DNA of 64,000 nt from Candidatus Latescibacterota bacterium. Its GTDB lineage: Bacteria > Latescibacterota > UBA2968 > UBA8231. A program made the position numbers and the translations under genes. Positions 1-10,349 of this stretch are shown one piece after another; position 1 is the stretch's first letter; each line of letters begins with the position of its first letter. The notes beneath the pieces are model-generated. The model did no database searches, was not told the origin of the DNA, and saw only the letters and a list, made by a program, of their open reading frames with translations. The stretch covers positions 2,592,001-2,656,000 of the forward strand of contig OZ241889.1 in assembly GCA_965203355.1 (NCBI GenBank), written 5' to 3'.

Positions 1-1780
1 AGCAGGGGTCGTCCAAGGGGTGCTCATCCTCTTGTGCTACCGACCACAAATTATCATCAGCACCGGCGGCTTCGTCAGTGCGCCAGTCCTCTTTGCACAC
101 AGTGTGCTGGCCAAGGTCGGCCTTTCCCGCGCTCGCGTCTTTATCTACGAGCCGAATGCCTATCCCGGGCTTTTGAATCGAGTTACCGGGCGGCTCGCGC
201 AGCGAATCGGCGTGGCGTTTGAGCAGGCGGGTCGCTGGTTCGACGCAAAGAAGGTGGCCGTGGTCGGCTATCCGGTGCGCCGCTCTTTTTTGCACCTCGA
301 CCGCACGGCCGCACGAGAAAAATTGGGCATTGACCAAGGCCGCAAGGTCGTGCTCGCCTTTGGCGGGTCAGGAGGAGCCAAGGCCATCAACGAGGCCGTG
401 CTCGAAGCCTTGCCCCGGTGGCGTGGGGCTGGACTAGTGGTCATCCACGTCACCGGTCGCTACAAAGGGGCGGATTACGACGCCGTGGCGGATACGGAGG
501 CCGCTTTAGCTGAAATGGGGATAGCGGGCGAAGACGACTGGTATCGACGCCTTGATTACGCGGATGAGATCGTCGAGCTGATTGCAGCGGCGGATCTGGT
601 CATTTGCCGGGCGGGCGCAGGAACCCTCACCGAGATGGCAGTTAGTGGGACGCCCACGCTGATTGTGCCGCTGCCGACGGCGGCTGAAGACCATCAGGCA
701 CTGAACGCACGGGAGATGGAGCGGATAGGGGCCGCACAGGTGATCTATCAGGAGGCGTTTTGGGACAAGGCCTGCATCCACAGCGGACTGGATGGCGAGA
801 AGTTGGCGCAGCAGGTGCTCGCGTTGTGCGCCGACGAGGAGCGGTTGCAGGCCATGAGTGCGGCCGCCCAGACCATGCCCAAGACCAACAGCCTCGAACT
901 GATTGCGGCTGAGCTGGACAACCTCATCGCCGGGCAGGAGCCGCCGCCGTTGCGATTGGAGGCGCCCCCGGGCAAAAAAAACGGCTTGCCGACTGCGCCC
1001 AATGCCTTGCTGCGCTGGGTGCAAGCGCGAGTCAAAGAGGTCGGGGGCGTGGAGGCGATGGAACGCGGCGAACTGGCCTATCTGCGCTATCAAGCCGATC
1101 GCCTGCTCACGTCTGAGGGGTGGTGCGAAATCCCGTTGGGGTGGCGCAATGTGGGCATCAAGCTGGTTGCGGTCTTGCGCTACCAAGAGCGGTTGCCCTT
1201 GCTGCTACAGATCCTCACCGACCGCACCCCGACCGGGTGGATGCACCGTCTTTGCGGCGGCGACTTTCGCCACGGAGGTATCATACGCCGCAATGTCGTC
1301 GAATACGGCCTGCGCGGCTTGGGGGCGACCGACGCGCCAACCCGGGCCGCACTGCTGTACGCACTCGTAGCCGATCCCTACTTTGAGGTGCGGGCGTGGG
1401 CGGCGCAGGCCCTCGGCGAGTTGTTTGCCGTTGATGGCGAGATCGAAGACGCGCTCTGTGCGGCCCTCGACGACCGCGCACCAGAAGTGATCGTCCAAGC
1501 CTTGGGAGCCCTCGGAAAAATAAGTCGCAATCCCGACCTGTTAGCGCGGCTGCGTCGCTTCTATCTACACGCGAACTGGCAGATCCGCGAGCAGGTCGTG
1601 CTGGTGTTGATCGAATTTTTGCAACGCGGCGTCTTGGCGCCAACTCAATTGGAGCGCGATCTCGACCAAGTTTTGGTTACGATGCCTTATTTTAAGCCGG
1701 AGTTCCCCCTCGGTACGCACCTGAGCCAATTGGCTGATCTCGTGCGGACCGGTCGGTCCTTGGCCGCTTCGCAGCGATGA
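1..1780 (+). CDS. murG: MurG-like GlcNAc transferase with C-terminal HEAT-like extension (5' end likely outside window)
   Basis: TGGFVSAP, EPNAYPG, GYPVR, FGGSGGA, ICRAGAGT and DHQALNA motifs. About 280 extra aa with HEAT-like motifs (DPYFEVRAWAAQALG, NWQIREQV). N-terminal GGTGGH motif absent, so probably truncated by the window edge. Confidence 0.85.
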   Translation, partial: AGVVQGVLILLCYRPQIIISTGGFVSAPVLFAHSVLAKVGLSRARVFIYEPNAYPGLLNRVTGRLAQRIGVAFEQAGRWFDAKKVAVVGYPVRRSFLHLDRTAAREKLGIDQGRKVVLAFGGSGGAKAINEAVLEALPRWRGAGLVVIHVTGRYKGADYDAVADTEAALAEMGIAGEDDWYRRLDYADEIVELIAAADLVICRAGAGTLTEMAVSGTPTLIVPLPTAAEDHQALNAREMERIGAAQVIYQEAFWDKACIHSGLDGEKLAQQVLALCADEERLQAMSAAAQTMPKTNSLELIAAELDNLIAGQEPPPLRLEAPPGKKNGLPTAPNALLRWVQARVKEVGGVEAMERGELAYLRYQADRLLTSEGWCEIPLGWRNVGIKLVAVLRYQERLPLLLQILTDRTPTGWMHRLCGGDFRHGGIIRRNVVEYGLRGLGATDAPTRAALLYALVADPYFEVRAWAAQALGELFAVDGEIEDALCAALDDRAPEVIVQALGALGKISRNPDLLARLRRFYLHANWQIREQVVLVLIEFLQRGVLAPTQLERDLDQVLVTMPYFKPEFPLGTHLSQLADLVRTGRSLAASQR

Positions 1781-2883
1781 TCTACTACCTCGGAATCTAC
1801 CTGCAAGATGCTGTCGAAGCCTTGTCGTTTTTGCGCTTGGTCGATTCGATCTTCTTTCGCGCGCTCTGCGGCGCGATTACCTCGTTGATTTTTACCATTC
1901 TCTGCGGCGGGCGGGTCATTCTCTACTTCTACGGTCGCGGGCACCGCGACATGCCCCGCGACTATCTCCACTTTGCAGCGGCTAGCAACCAAGCCAAAAC
2001 CTACGGCGGTGGCCTAATCATCGCCGCGATCTTGCTCAGCGTTGGCTTGTGGTGCAAGCTGCACAGCCTCTTCGTGTTGTTCTGCGTGGGAGCGATTGTC
2101 TGGTTTGCCGCGCTCGGATGGATTGACGACTTGCTCAAGGTGCGCTATCGCTCTAGCGATCGCGGGCTGTCCGAAAAGGCCAAGTTGGCGCTGCAAGTAG
2201 CCTTCGGGATGCTTTTTGGCACCGCGTACATCACGCAAGCGCTCCCGGCTGAGTCGGCGGGTTTGGCGACCCAGCTTTATTTGCCCTTTTTCAAAAATCC
2301 GGTCCTCGATCTTGCGTGGGGCTACGTGCCCTTTATCGCCTTCACGGTGACGGCCATCTCCAACTCGGTCAATCTAGCCGACGGGATTGACGGCTTGGCT
2401 ATTGTGCCGACCGCTTTTGTCGTGGCTGTCTTTGGGGTGTTTGCCTATGTGTCCAGCCACGCTGAGATCGCGGAGTTCCTGATCTTTCCCTTTATGCCGG
2501 GCGTGGGGGAAGTCGCCATCATCTGCTCCATCGTATTTGGAGCCTGCCTCGGCTTTTTGTGGTTCAATTCCTATCCGGCCAACGTCATCATGGGCGATAC
2601 CGGATCCATGGCGCTAGGTGGCTTGTTGGGCACGGTCGCCGTCTTGGTCAAACAAGAGTTCCTCTTCCTAATCGTCGGGGGGATCTTCGTTGGCGAGACC
2701 TTGTCGGTGGTAATCCAGGAAAAGATCGGCATCCGGTGGTTGGGGCGGCGCTTTTTTACCCGCTCGCCGATTCACCACCACTATCAACAGCGCGGCTTGG
2801 CCGATACCAAAATCGTCATTCGCTTCTGGATCGTGGCTGGCATTTTGGCCTTGTGCGGCTTGGCGACGCTCAAGATCCGCTAA
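1777..2883 (+). CDS. mraY: Phospho-N-acetylmuramoyl-pentapeptide transferase
   Basis: GWIDD, SNSVNLADGIDGL, MGDTGSMALGG and PIHHHY motifs; multiple TM helices; ATGA overlap with murG. Confidence 0.92.
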   Translation: MIYYLGIYLQDAVEALSFLRLVDSIFFRALCGAITSLIFTILCGGRVILYFYGRGHRDMPRDYLHFAAASNQAKTYGGGLIIAAILLSVGLWCKLHSLFVLFCVGAIVWFAALGWIDDLLKVRYRSSDRGLSEKAKLALQVAFGMLFGTAYITQALPAESAGLATQLYLPFFKNPVLDLAWGYVPFIAFTVTAISNSVNLADGIDGLAIVPTAFVVAVFGVFAYVSSHAEIAEFLIFPFMPGVGEVAIICSIVFGACLGFLWFNSYPANVIMGDTGSMALGGLLGTVAVLVKQEFLFLIVGGIFVGETLSVVIQEKIGIRWLGRRFFTRSPIHHHYQQRGLADTKIVIRFWIVAGILALCGLATLKIR

Positions 2884-3349
2884 GATAGAGGCCATAGGCG
2901 CAGAGGAGGACGATGGCTGCGCCTAGCAGGAAAGCCACCGAGGTAGGAAGCGGCAGGGGCTGGCGGTGGGCCTCGCGTTGATAGCGGTCGTATTCAGCCG
3001 CCAAGATGCTGTAGCTGGAAACGAGCGTGGCGATGAGGCCCGCGATGAAGCAGATGATGACTACCGGATCGGTCGAGAAGGCACAGGCTATGCTCGCGGC
3101 ATAAGCACCGAGGTTGAACAGCAGCCGGCGCGTCTGCGTCAGCAGGCCGTAGAGTGCGAGTCCGGCGCAAAACGAGCCGACGACCAGAGCCGCGAAGATC
3201 GACCGTGCGTCGTCCGCCCCAGCGAGGGCTAAGAGGCCCATGCCAATGAGCAGGTGGAGCCACATCCCGGCATAGGCGTAGAAGAAAGACGCGCGTCTAA
3301 ACGGCGCGTGCCCCATTAGATAGTGGGCAAAAGTAGTGGACCTCGGCAT
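2870..3349 (-). CDS. Hypothetical membrane protein
   Basis: 159-aa hydrophobic ORF filling the gap between mraY and recG. Confidence 0.6.
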   Translation of the reverse strand: MPRSTTFAHYLMGHAPFRRASFFYAYAGMWLHLLIGMGLLALAGADDARSIFAALVVGSFCAGLALYGLLTQTRRLLFNLGAYAASIACAFSTDPVVIICFIAGLIATLVSSYSILAAEYDRYQREAHRQPLPLPTSVAFLLGAAIVLLCAYGLYLSGS

Positions 3350-3405
3350 GGCAAGATGCGGCCAAAAATAGGCCGCGGCCCGGTCGCGTCAACGCATGGC
3401 CAACC

Positions 3406-5412
3406 ATGGAAACCCTGTCCATCCCCATTGAAAAAGTCAAAGGCGTAGGAGCCAAACGCGCGTCCGCGCTCAGAGAGGTAGAGATTCTGACGCTGGGCGA
3501 TTTGTTGTACTATCTGCCGCGTCGCTACCTCGACCGCACACAGGTTTTGCCCATGGCCCGGGCGCCAATCGGCCAAGAAGTGACCCTCATCGGCCAAGTG
3601 CGCCAGACGCGCTTCATGCCCGGGCCGCGGCCTCGCTTCGTGATGGTGGTCGCCGACGAGACCGACGATATCACCTGTACCTTTTTTCAGGGGGGGCGCT
3701 ACTTGCAGCGCAACTTTACCATCGGCGACGAGCTCGCGCTAAGCGGGAAGATCGATCTGTTCCAAGGGCGGCGGCAGATGGTGCATCCCGAATACGAATT
3801 CATCCACCGAGACGAGTCGCTCCGCCATACCGGCCGCGTCGTCCCGCTCTATACGACCAGTGCCGACATGAAGGAGCGCGGCCTGCGCAGTCGGGGATTC
3901 CGCCGCTTGATAAGCGAGGCCCTAAACGCCTTTGCCGAGCGGCTCGAAGACGATTTGCCCGCCGCCTTGCGGCAGCGCTTGGGCCTTGCCGAGTTGGGGG
4001 CTAGTCTGCGCCAAGTGCATTTTCCCGCCAGCCTCGCCCAAGCCGAGCGTGCGCGTCAGCGCTTAGCTTTTGGCGAGCTTTTTGTCTTTCAACTGCGCTT
4101 GGCGCGGCGGCGCAAAAAAAACCGCGCCCAAGCCGACGGTATTGCCTTCGCGCCGAGTGAAAAACTGGTGCCGGCCCTGTGGGATTCGCTGCCGTTTGCT
4201 CCCACCCGCGCCCAGCGTCGAGTCGCGGCCGAGATCAGCGTGCAGATGCAGCGTCCCCACGTTGTGAATCACCTCGTCCAAGGCGACGTTGGCTCAGGCA
4301 AAACCTTGGTCGGCTTGTGCGCGATGCTGACCGCCGTGGAGAACGGCTATCAAGCGGCGATGATGGCGCCGACCGAGATCCTCGCCGAGCAGCACTTTTT
4401 TAACATCCAAGCCCTTGTCGAGCCGCTCGGGCTGACGGTGGTTTTCCTCAAGGGCGGCCAGCGCAAAGCGCTTCGGCAGGAACTGTTGACGGCCATCGAA
4501 AGCGGCGCGGCCCACATTGTGGTGGGCACTCATGCGCTGATTCAGGAGCAGGTGCAGTTTGCCCGCTTGGGGCTGGCGGTCATCGACGAGCAGCACCGCT
4601 TTGGGGTCGTGCAGCGCGGTGCGCTCTACAAGAAGGGCGCGAAACCCGATTTGCTCGTGATGACGGCCACGCCCATCCCGCGGACCTTGGCGCTGACTTT
4701 GTACGGCGAGTTAGACGTGTCGATTATTGACGAACTACCGCCCGGGCGCAAGCCGATCCGCACGGCCTTGCGCGGCGCGGACCGCCGCCCGGCGATTTTT
4801 GAGTTTGCCGGCGATCAGGTGCGCCAAGGGCGGCAAGTGTACGTGGTGTACCCGCTGATCGAAGAGTCGGAAAAGGCCGATTACAAATCCGCGGTCGAAG
4901 CCTACGACGAACTGCGCCACGGCCCGTTGGCCGAATTTGCCGTAGCCCTACTGCACGGGCGCATGGCCGCCGAAGAAAAGGCCGCGGTCATGGAGGATTT
5001 TAAGCAAAATCGGGTCCAAGTCTTGGTTTGCACCACGGTCGTCGAGGTCGGCGTGGATGTGCCCAACGCCACGGTAATGATCATCGAACACGCCGAGCGA
5101 TTTGGCTTGGCCCAGTTGCACCAGTTGCGCGGCCGCGTGGGCCGCGGTGGCGAGCAGTCGTTTTGCATTCTCATCAGCCATGCCCACGCCGGGGCCGAAC
5201 TGGCCGATGCACGCGAGCGGCTCCAGACCATGGAGCGCACCCAAGACGGCTTTGAAATCGCGGAAAAGGATTTGCACCTGCGCGGCCCCGGCGAGTTCTT
5301 CGGCGTGCGCCAGGCCGGGATGCCCACCTTTAAGGCGGCGGATTTGATCGCCGACCGGGACTTGCTGCAAAGTGCGCGTGAAGAAGCCAGGCGAATTGTA
5401 GCCAGCGAATAG
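3406..5412 (+). CDS. recG: ATP-dependent DNA helicase RecG
   Basis: GDVGSGKT, DEQHRFG, MTATPIPRTL, QLRGRVGRG and DLHLRGPG motifs; wedge domain. Confidence 0.97.
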   Translation: METLSIPIEKVKGVGAKRASALREVEILTLGDLLYYLPRRYLDRTQVLPMARAPIGQEVTLIGQVRQTRFMPGPRPRFVMVVADETDDITCTFFQGGRYLQRNFTIGDELALSGKIDLFQGRRQMVHPEYEFIHRDESLRHTGRVVPLYTTSADMKERGLRSRGFRRLISEALNAFAERLEDDLPAALRQRLGLAELGASLRQVHFPASLAQAERARQRLAFGELFVFQLRLARRRKKNRAQADGIAFAPSEKLVPALWDSLPFAPTRAQRRVAAEISVQMQRPHVVNHLVQGDVGSGKTLVGLCAMLTAVENGYQAAMMAPTEILAEQHFFNIQALVEPLGLTVVFLKGGQRKALRQELLTAIESGAAHIVVGTHALIQEQVQFARLGLAVIDEQHRFGVVQRGALYKKGAKPDLLVMTATPIPRTLALTLYGELDVSIIDELPPGRKPIRTALRGADRRPAIFEFAGDQVRQGRQVYVVYPLIEESEKADYKSAVEAYDELRHGPLAEFAVALLHGRMAAEEKAAVMEDFKQNRVQVLVCTTVVEVGVDVPNATVMIIEHAERFGLAQLHQLRGRVGRGGEQSFCILISHAHAGAELADARERLQTMERTQDGFEIAEKDLHLRGPGEFFGVRQAGMPTFKAADLIADRDLLQSAREEARRIVASE

Positions 5413-5420
5413 GATATGCC

Positions 5421-6551
5421 ATGAAAAGCGAAAGTCTCATTGCGCCGGCGGATTTCGTCGGGCTCGACGCGGTGACCCATCTCTGCACCGGAGGCGAAGC
5501 CCCTTGGCTAAAAGGACAGGATGCGACCTATGCGGAATTTGCTAAAGACAAAAGCGCGGGCGACCGCGGCCGGCAGGCCATCTATGCGCGCGGGGATCGC
5601 GCCCGGCAGCGCATGGGGCAGTTGTGGGGCGTTGCGGCCGAGCGGATCGCCTTTATGCCCTCGGCGGCTGAGGGCATGGCGTGGTTGGCGCGGGGTTTAG
5701 ACTGGAGGTCCGGCGACAACGTGGTCACCACCAACTTGGAATTTCCCTCGGTCGCGTACAATTGGCGCAATGCGCGCCGACAAGGGGTTGAGTTGCGGCT
5801 GGTACCACACCGCGATTGGCTGGTGCGGGAGGACGATCTTTTGGCGGCGGTCGATGCGCGCACTCGAATCGTGGCCGTGAGTCAGGTCAGCTTCTATACG
5901 GGGCAAAACCTCGATGTCGAGCAACTGGCGGCTGCGCTGGCCGGGCGCGACGTGCTCTTGGCGGTCGATGCGACTCATGCGGCGGGTGCGGTTGCGGTGC
6001 CGGCGGCTTGTACTGACTTGTGCGTCAGCTCGTGTTACAAGTGGCTCTTGGCGACGCACGGGGTGGCGCCGTGTTATTTGAGCCAGCGGGCCGAGGCGCA
6101 GGTGCGCTCTACGGCTTTTGGCTGGCGCAACTTGGCGGTGTGGCCGGCGCAAGGGGCTGTGCGCGCACCGGATGCCGACGAAAAACCGATGCCCGATAAA
6201 ATGGAGCCGGGCAATCCGGCCATGGTGGCGGTGCTCTACCTCGACTACGCCTTGGGGCGGCTATTGGAGGTGGGGATTGAGCCGATCGCGGAGCACAACC
6301 GCGACTTGTCCGAACAAATCAGTGCTGGGCTGGCGCGGCTCGGGCGGCAGGTTATTTCGCCGAGTGCGCGGCTACAGCGGTCGGGTAACACCTGTTTTGC
6401 AGACGACGATGCGCCCGGGCTGTGCGAAGCGCTCGCCGACCGCGGGGTGTTGGTGTGGGGGGAATACGGGCGAGTGCGGGTCTCGGGGCATTTGTACAAC
6501 AATAGCGACGATGTGGAGCGGTTCTTGGCGGTTTTGGGCGAGTTGGTATAG
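5421..6551 (+). CDS. Class V PLP-dependent aminotransferase (cysteine desulfurase/lyase-like)
   Basis: EFPS, VDATHAAG, SCYKWLL (PLP lysine) and RVSGHLYN motifs. Confidence 0.85.
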   Translation: MKSESLIAPADFVGLDAVTHLCTGGEAPWLKGQDATYAEFAKDKSAGDRGRQAIYARGDRARQRMGQLWGVAAERIAFMPSAAEGMAWLARGLDWRSGDNVVTTNLEFPSVAYNWRNARRQGVELRLVPHRDWLVREDDLLAAVDARTRIVAVSQVSFYTGQNLDVEQLAAALAGRDVLLAVDATHAAGAVAVPAACTDLCVSSCYKWLLATHGVAPCYLSQRAEAQVRSTAFGWRNLAVWPAQGAVRAPDADEKPMPDKMEPGNPAMVAVLYLDYALGRLLEVGIEPIAEHNRDLSEQISAGLARLGRQVISPSARLQRSGNTCFADDDAPGLCEALADRGVLVWGEYGRVRVSGHLYNNSDDVERFLAVLGELV

Positions 6552-6622
6552 GACTGACGTGATTCAAGAGTCGCAGAGACATGGTGTTGGGACAAGGCAC
6601 TTAAAAAAGGAAAACAAAACCG

Positions 6623-7840
6623 ATGGCTGTTGCTGATCTATCCCGCCGCATCCGCCTTGGCGAGGACTCGACGTTAGAACTCAAGCGCGTCGTACTGTCC
6701 GGTGACCGCGTTACCAGTCCGCGTCGAAACGAGTTGGCCGACGAACTCGCCGCTTTTGCCAATAGCCGGAGCGGAACCCTTGTCTTGGGAGTGGATGACG
6801 AGACCCGCGAAGTCTTGGGGATCCCTTTAGAGGGCTTGGATGCGGTCGAAGGTTGGGTGCGCGAGATCTGCAACGACTCGGTGAATCCCGCACTCAGCGT
6901 TGACATCCGCAAGCTGGAATTGCCGGACGCCACTGGAGCACTCGTTCCGGTCATCTGCATTGACATTGTTCGTAGCCTGTTCGTCCACAGGAGTCCGGGC
7001 GGCTACTTCCGCAGAATCGGCAGTTCAAAGCGCGAAATGGCTGCTGAGTCTTTGGCGCGGCTCTTTCAAGAGCGCAGCCAGAGCCGCGTGATCCGCTTCG
7101 ATGAATCAGTGGTTCCTCGCACCTCGCCAGAGCACCTCGACGAGGAACTGACGCGCCGGTTCCTCCGCGAAGACGCCCGGCTGACTGAGGATACTTTGCA
7201 CAAGCTCCGCATCGTCGCTGCCGACGAGGAGGACGTCACACGCCTCACACTCGCCGGCGTTCTGCTATGTACGCGGGCGCCGCAACAATGGATGCCCCAC
7301 GCATACATACAAGCCGTCAGCTATGCAGGGGAACGGACGGATGTCAACTACCAGACCGACGCGCGCGATATTGAAGGGCCACTCGACGAGCAGGTTGCGG
7401 AAGCCTTGCACTTCGTACGGCGGAATATGCTGGTGCGAGCGACCAAAGTGACGGCCCGGGTTGATCGCCAGCAATTCAGCGAGCGGGCCGTGTTTGAGGC
7501 ACTCGTCAACGCCGTGGCACATCGGGACTATTCGCTGGGAGGTTCGCGGGTGCGCCTGCACATGTTCGGGGATCGCCTCGAACTATACGTCCCTGGTGCA
7601 TTGGCGAATACGCTCTCGCCGGATAGTCTGCATCTGCGGCAATCCAACCGCAATGAACTGGTCGTGTCGCTGCTGGCCCGTTGTCCCGCCCCGGCCGGTC
7701 TTGGACGGACGCACTTGATGGACCGACGCGGCGATGGGGTGCCGATCATCCGAGCGGAGTGCCAGCAGCTTGCGGGTCGTCTCCCCGAGTACAGCCTGAT
7801 TGACGACAGCGAGTTGCGGTTGGTGATTTGGTCGGCGTAG
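6623..7840 (+). CDS. AlbA_2 (Schlafen-like) domain plus HATPase_c_4/RecG-C-type domain protein
   Basis: GEDSTLELK, AFANSRSGTLVLGVDD and EALVNAVAHRDY motifs. Confidence 0.85.
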   Translation: MAVADLSRRIRLGEDSTLELKRVVLSGDRVTSPRRNELADELAAFANSRSGTLVLGVDDETREVLGIPLEGLDAVEGWVREICNDSVNPALSVDIRKLELPDATGALVPVICIDIVRSLFVHRSPGGYFRRIGSSKREMAAESLARLFQERSQSRVIRFDESVVPRTSPEHLDEELTRRFLREDARLTEDTLHKLRIVAADEEDVTRLTLAGVLLCTRAPQQWMPHAYIQAVSYAGERTDVNYQTDARDIEGPLDEQVAEALHFVRRNMLVRATKVTARVDRQQFSERAVFEALVNAVAHRDYSLGGSRVRLHMFGDRLELYVPGALANTLSPDSLHLRQSNRNELVVSLLARCPAPAGLGRTHLMDRRGDGVPIIRAECQQLAGRLPEYSLIDDSELRLVIWSA

Positions 7841-7845
7841 CCCGA

Positions 7846-9198
7846 CTAATCGCCAAAAAACTCGCGGTAGAGCGCACGCACGGCTGCGAGAATATCCCCA
7901 GCCGCAATCCCAAACATCATGCTGACCTCGCTCGATCCCTGATTGATCATCTCGATGTTGACCCGGGCGCGGGTAAAGGCCGTACAGGCGCGGGAGGCTA
8001 AGCCGATGGTGTGGTGCATGCCCTCGCCGACGACCATCACCAGGGCGAGGTTGCGGGCGACCGATAGTTCATCTACTGCTAACTCGGTGCGGATCCGGCG
8101 CAGGACTCGCTCTTCGGCCGCGTGGTTGAAATGCGACTCGCGCACGATCACCGACATGTTGTCAATGCCCGATGGCGTGTGCTCAAAGGCGATGCCTTCG
8201 TCTTCAAAAATGGCCAACAAGCGGCGGCCAAAGCCCACTTCGCGGTTCATCAGGTACTTGCTGATGTACACGCTGCAAAACCCATCGGTAGCGGCGATGC
8301 CGACGACCGGATGGGCGCCGACCGCGCGCTTGGGGACGATGCGGGTGCCGGGGGCCTGCGGATTATTGGTGTTTTTGACGACGACTGGGATGCCAGCGTG
8401 AAACACGGGTTCGAGGGCCTCGTCGTGAAACACGGAAAACCCCGCGTAAGAAAGCTCGCGCATCTCGCGGTAGGTAATCTCGGCGACGGCGACTGGGTTT
8501 TTGACCAGCGTGGGATTGGCCACAAAGACCGAATCGACATCTGTGAAGTTTTCGTACCCGGTCGCATCAACGGCCGCGGCGAGGATCGCGCCGGTTATGT
8601 CCGAGCCGCCGCGCGAGAAGGTGACGACGCGGCCGGTGGGCGAATAGCCGAAAAAACCGGGGAAAATGGTGATACCCGGGCGGTCTTTGAGTTGACGCAG
8701 CTGGCCGTAGGACGCCTGCAAGACGCGGGCGTTGCCCGGCTCTTCCGAGAGAATGAGGCCGCCCTCGCCGGGGTCGAGATAGTGGGCTTCGGTGCCTTGG
8801 TGGCGCAGGTACTCGGCGACGAGGCGGGCGCAGTTGTCCTCGCCACCCGCCTTCACGGCGTCTGCGTAGAGTGCTTCGTCGCTGGTGTTCATAGCTAGCC
8901 GCCGCTCAAAGTCGGCGACAATGGGTGCGAGCGCGGTGTCTGGCAAGCCGAGGTCGGAGATGATGGCGGCATAGCGGTCGATGACGCGCGTCATGGCCTG
9001 GCGGCCATCTTGGTTGGTTAGCTGGGCGCGGACCACCTCGATGAGCAGGTCGGTTACTTTGGTGTCGTCTTGGTCGCGCTTGCCCGGAGCCGAGACCACC
9101 ACGAGTCGGCGCGCTGGATCGGCGGTGACAATGGCGCAGATTTTCTCGATTTGCTCGGCTGAGGCGAGGGACGTGCCGCCGAATTTAACTACTTTCAT
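7846..9198 (-). CDS. lysC: Aspartate kinase with ACT domains
   Basis: MKVVKFGGTS, VVVSAPG, SRGGSDITG, FTDVD and YREMRELS motifs. Confidence 0.92.
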   Translation of the reverse strand: MKVVKFGGTSLASAEQIEKICAIVTADPARRLVVVSAPGKRDQDDTKVTDLLIEVVRAQLTNQDGRQAMTRVIDRYAAIISDLGLPDTALAPIVADFERRLAMNTSDEALYADAVKAGGEDNCARLVAEYLRHQGTEAHYLDPGEGGLILSEEPGNARVLQASYGQLRQLKDRPGITIFPGFFGYSPTGRVVTFSRGGSDITGAILAAAVDATGYENFTDVDSVFVANPTLVKNPVAVAEITYREMRELSYAGFSVFHDEALEPVFHAGIPVVVKNTNNPQAPGTRIVPKRAVGAHPVVGIAATDGFCSVYISKYLMNREVGFGRRLLAIFEDEGIAFEHTPSGIDNMSVIVRESHFNHAAEERVLRRIRTELAVDELSVARNLALVMVVGEGMHHTIGLASRACTAFTRARVNIEMINQGSSEVSMMFGIAAGDILAAVRALYREFFGD

Positions 9199-9357
9199 TG
9201 GCTTCCTTTGCAATTACAGGTTTACATCATAAAAAATGCACGGATCGCCGTTTTTTCAAATTTGTCTCAAGAAGATTTTATGGTTATTTTAAAGGTTTAT
9301 CATTGAATGCTAAAAATCTGCCGCGCCAACCATCCCGATCCCACGCAAAGGTCCACG

Positions 9358-10329
9358 ATGAAAGCAGTGCGTTTCCACCAGTGCGGTGGCCCGGAAGTCC
9401 TCACCTATGAGGACGTGCCCGCGCCCACACCCGGGCCGGGCGAAGCCGTCGTCGCAATCAAAGCCATCGGTCTAAATTACATCGACACCTATCACCGCGA
9501 AGGGCTGTACCCAGTCGATTTGCCCTGTATTCCCGGCATGGAAGCCGCCGGAGTCGTCGCCCGCGTCGGCCAGGGCACCGAAGGCGTGCAAGTGGGCGAC
9601 CGGGTGGCCTATGCCGGGGTGATGGGGTCGTATGCCGCAGAAGCGGTTGTGCCCGCCGACCGCTTGGTTCCGTTGCCGGCCGCCGCGTCCTATCAGGTGG
9701 GGGCCGCCGCGTTGCTACAGGGCATGACGGCGCATTATCTGGCGCGTGGGTCCTATCGGCTGAGCCGCGGAGACACGGCGCTGATCCACGCGGGGGCTGG
9801 CGGCGTGGGCTTGCTGCTGATTCAGATGGCCAAGCGGTGTGGGGCGCGGGTGTTGACCACGGTCTCCACCGAGGAAAAGGAACAACTTGCGCGGGGTGCT
9901 GGAGCCGATGAGGTCATTCGCTACACCGAGCGCGACTTTGAGCCGGACGTCATGGCACTCACCGACGGGCGCGGCGTCGATGTGGTGTACGATTCCGTCG
10001 GTCAGGCGACCTTTGACAAGAGCTTGAACGTGCTCAGGCCGCTAGGCTACTTGGTGTTGTTCGGGCAGTCGAGCGGCCCGGTCCCGCCCTTTGATCCCGG
10101 CATCCTCAGCACCAAGGGGTCGCTCTTTTTGACGCGGCCAACTATGCTGCACTATACCCAGACCCGCGCGGCCCTATTGGAACGCGCGGGCGCCGTGTTG
10201 GCCTGGATCGCCAGCGGCGAATTGACGCTGCGCATTAGCGCGCACTTTGCCCTGTCGGACGCGGCCGAAGCGCACCGCGCCTTACAGGGGCGCAAGACGA
10301 CCGGCAAGGTCGTTCTCATACCAGAGTGA
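9358..10329 (+). CDS. qor: NADPH:quinone oxidoreductase (zeta-crystallin family)
   Basis: GLNYIDTY, AGAGGVG, VYDSVG, GSLFLTRP and TTGKVVL motifs; start taken at MKAVR. Confidence 0.92.
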   Translation: MKAVRFHQCGGPEVLTYEDVPAPTPGPGEAVVAIKAIGLNYIDTYHREGLYPVDLPCIPGMEAAGVVARVGQGTEGVQVGDRVAYAGVMGSYAAEAVVPADRLVPLPAAASYQVGAAALLQGMTAHYLARGSYRLSRGDTALIHAGAGGVGLLLIQMAKRCGARVLTTVSTEEKEQLARGAGADEVIRYTERDFEPDVMALTDGRGVDVVYDSVGQATFDKSLNVLRPLGYLVLFGQSSGPVPPFDPGILSTKGSLFLTRPTMLHYTQTRAALLERAGAVLAWIASGELTLRISAHFALSDAAEAHRALQGRKTTGKVVLIPE

Positions 10330-10349
10330 AGTAGCCAAGGAGGCAGGCG

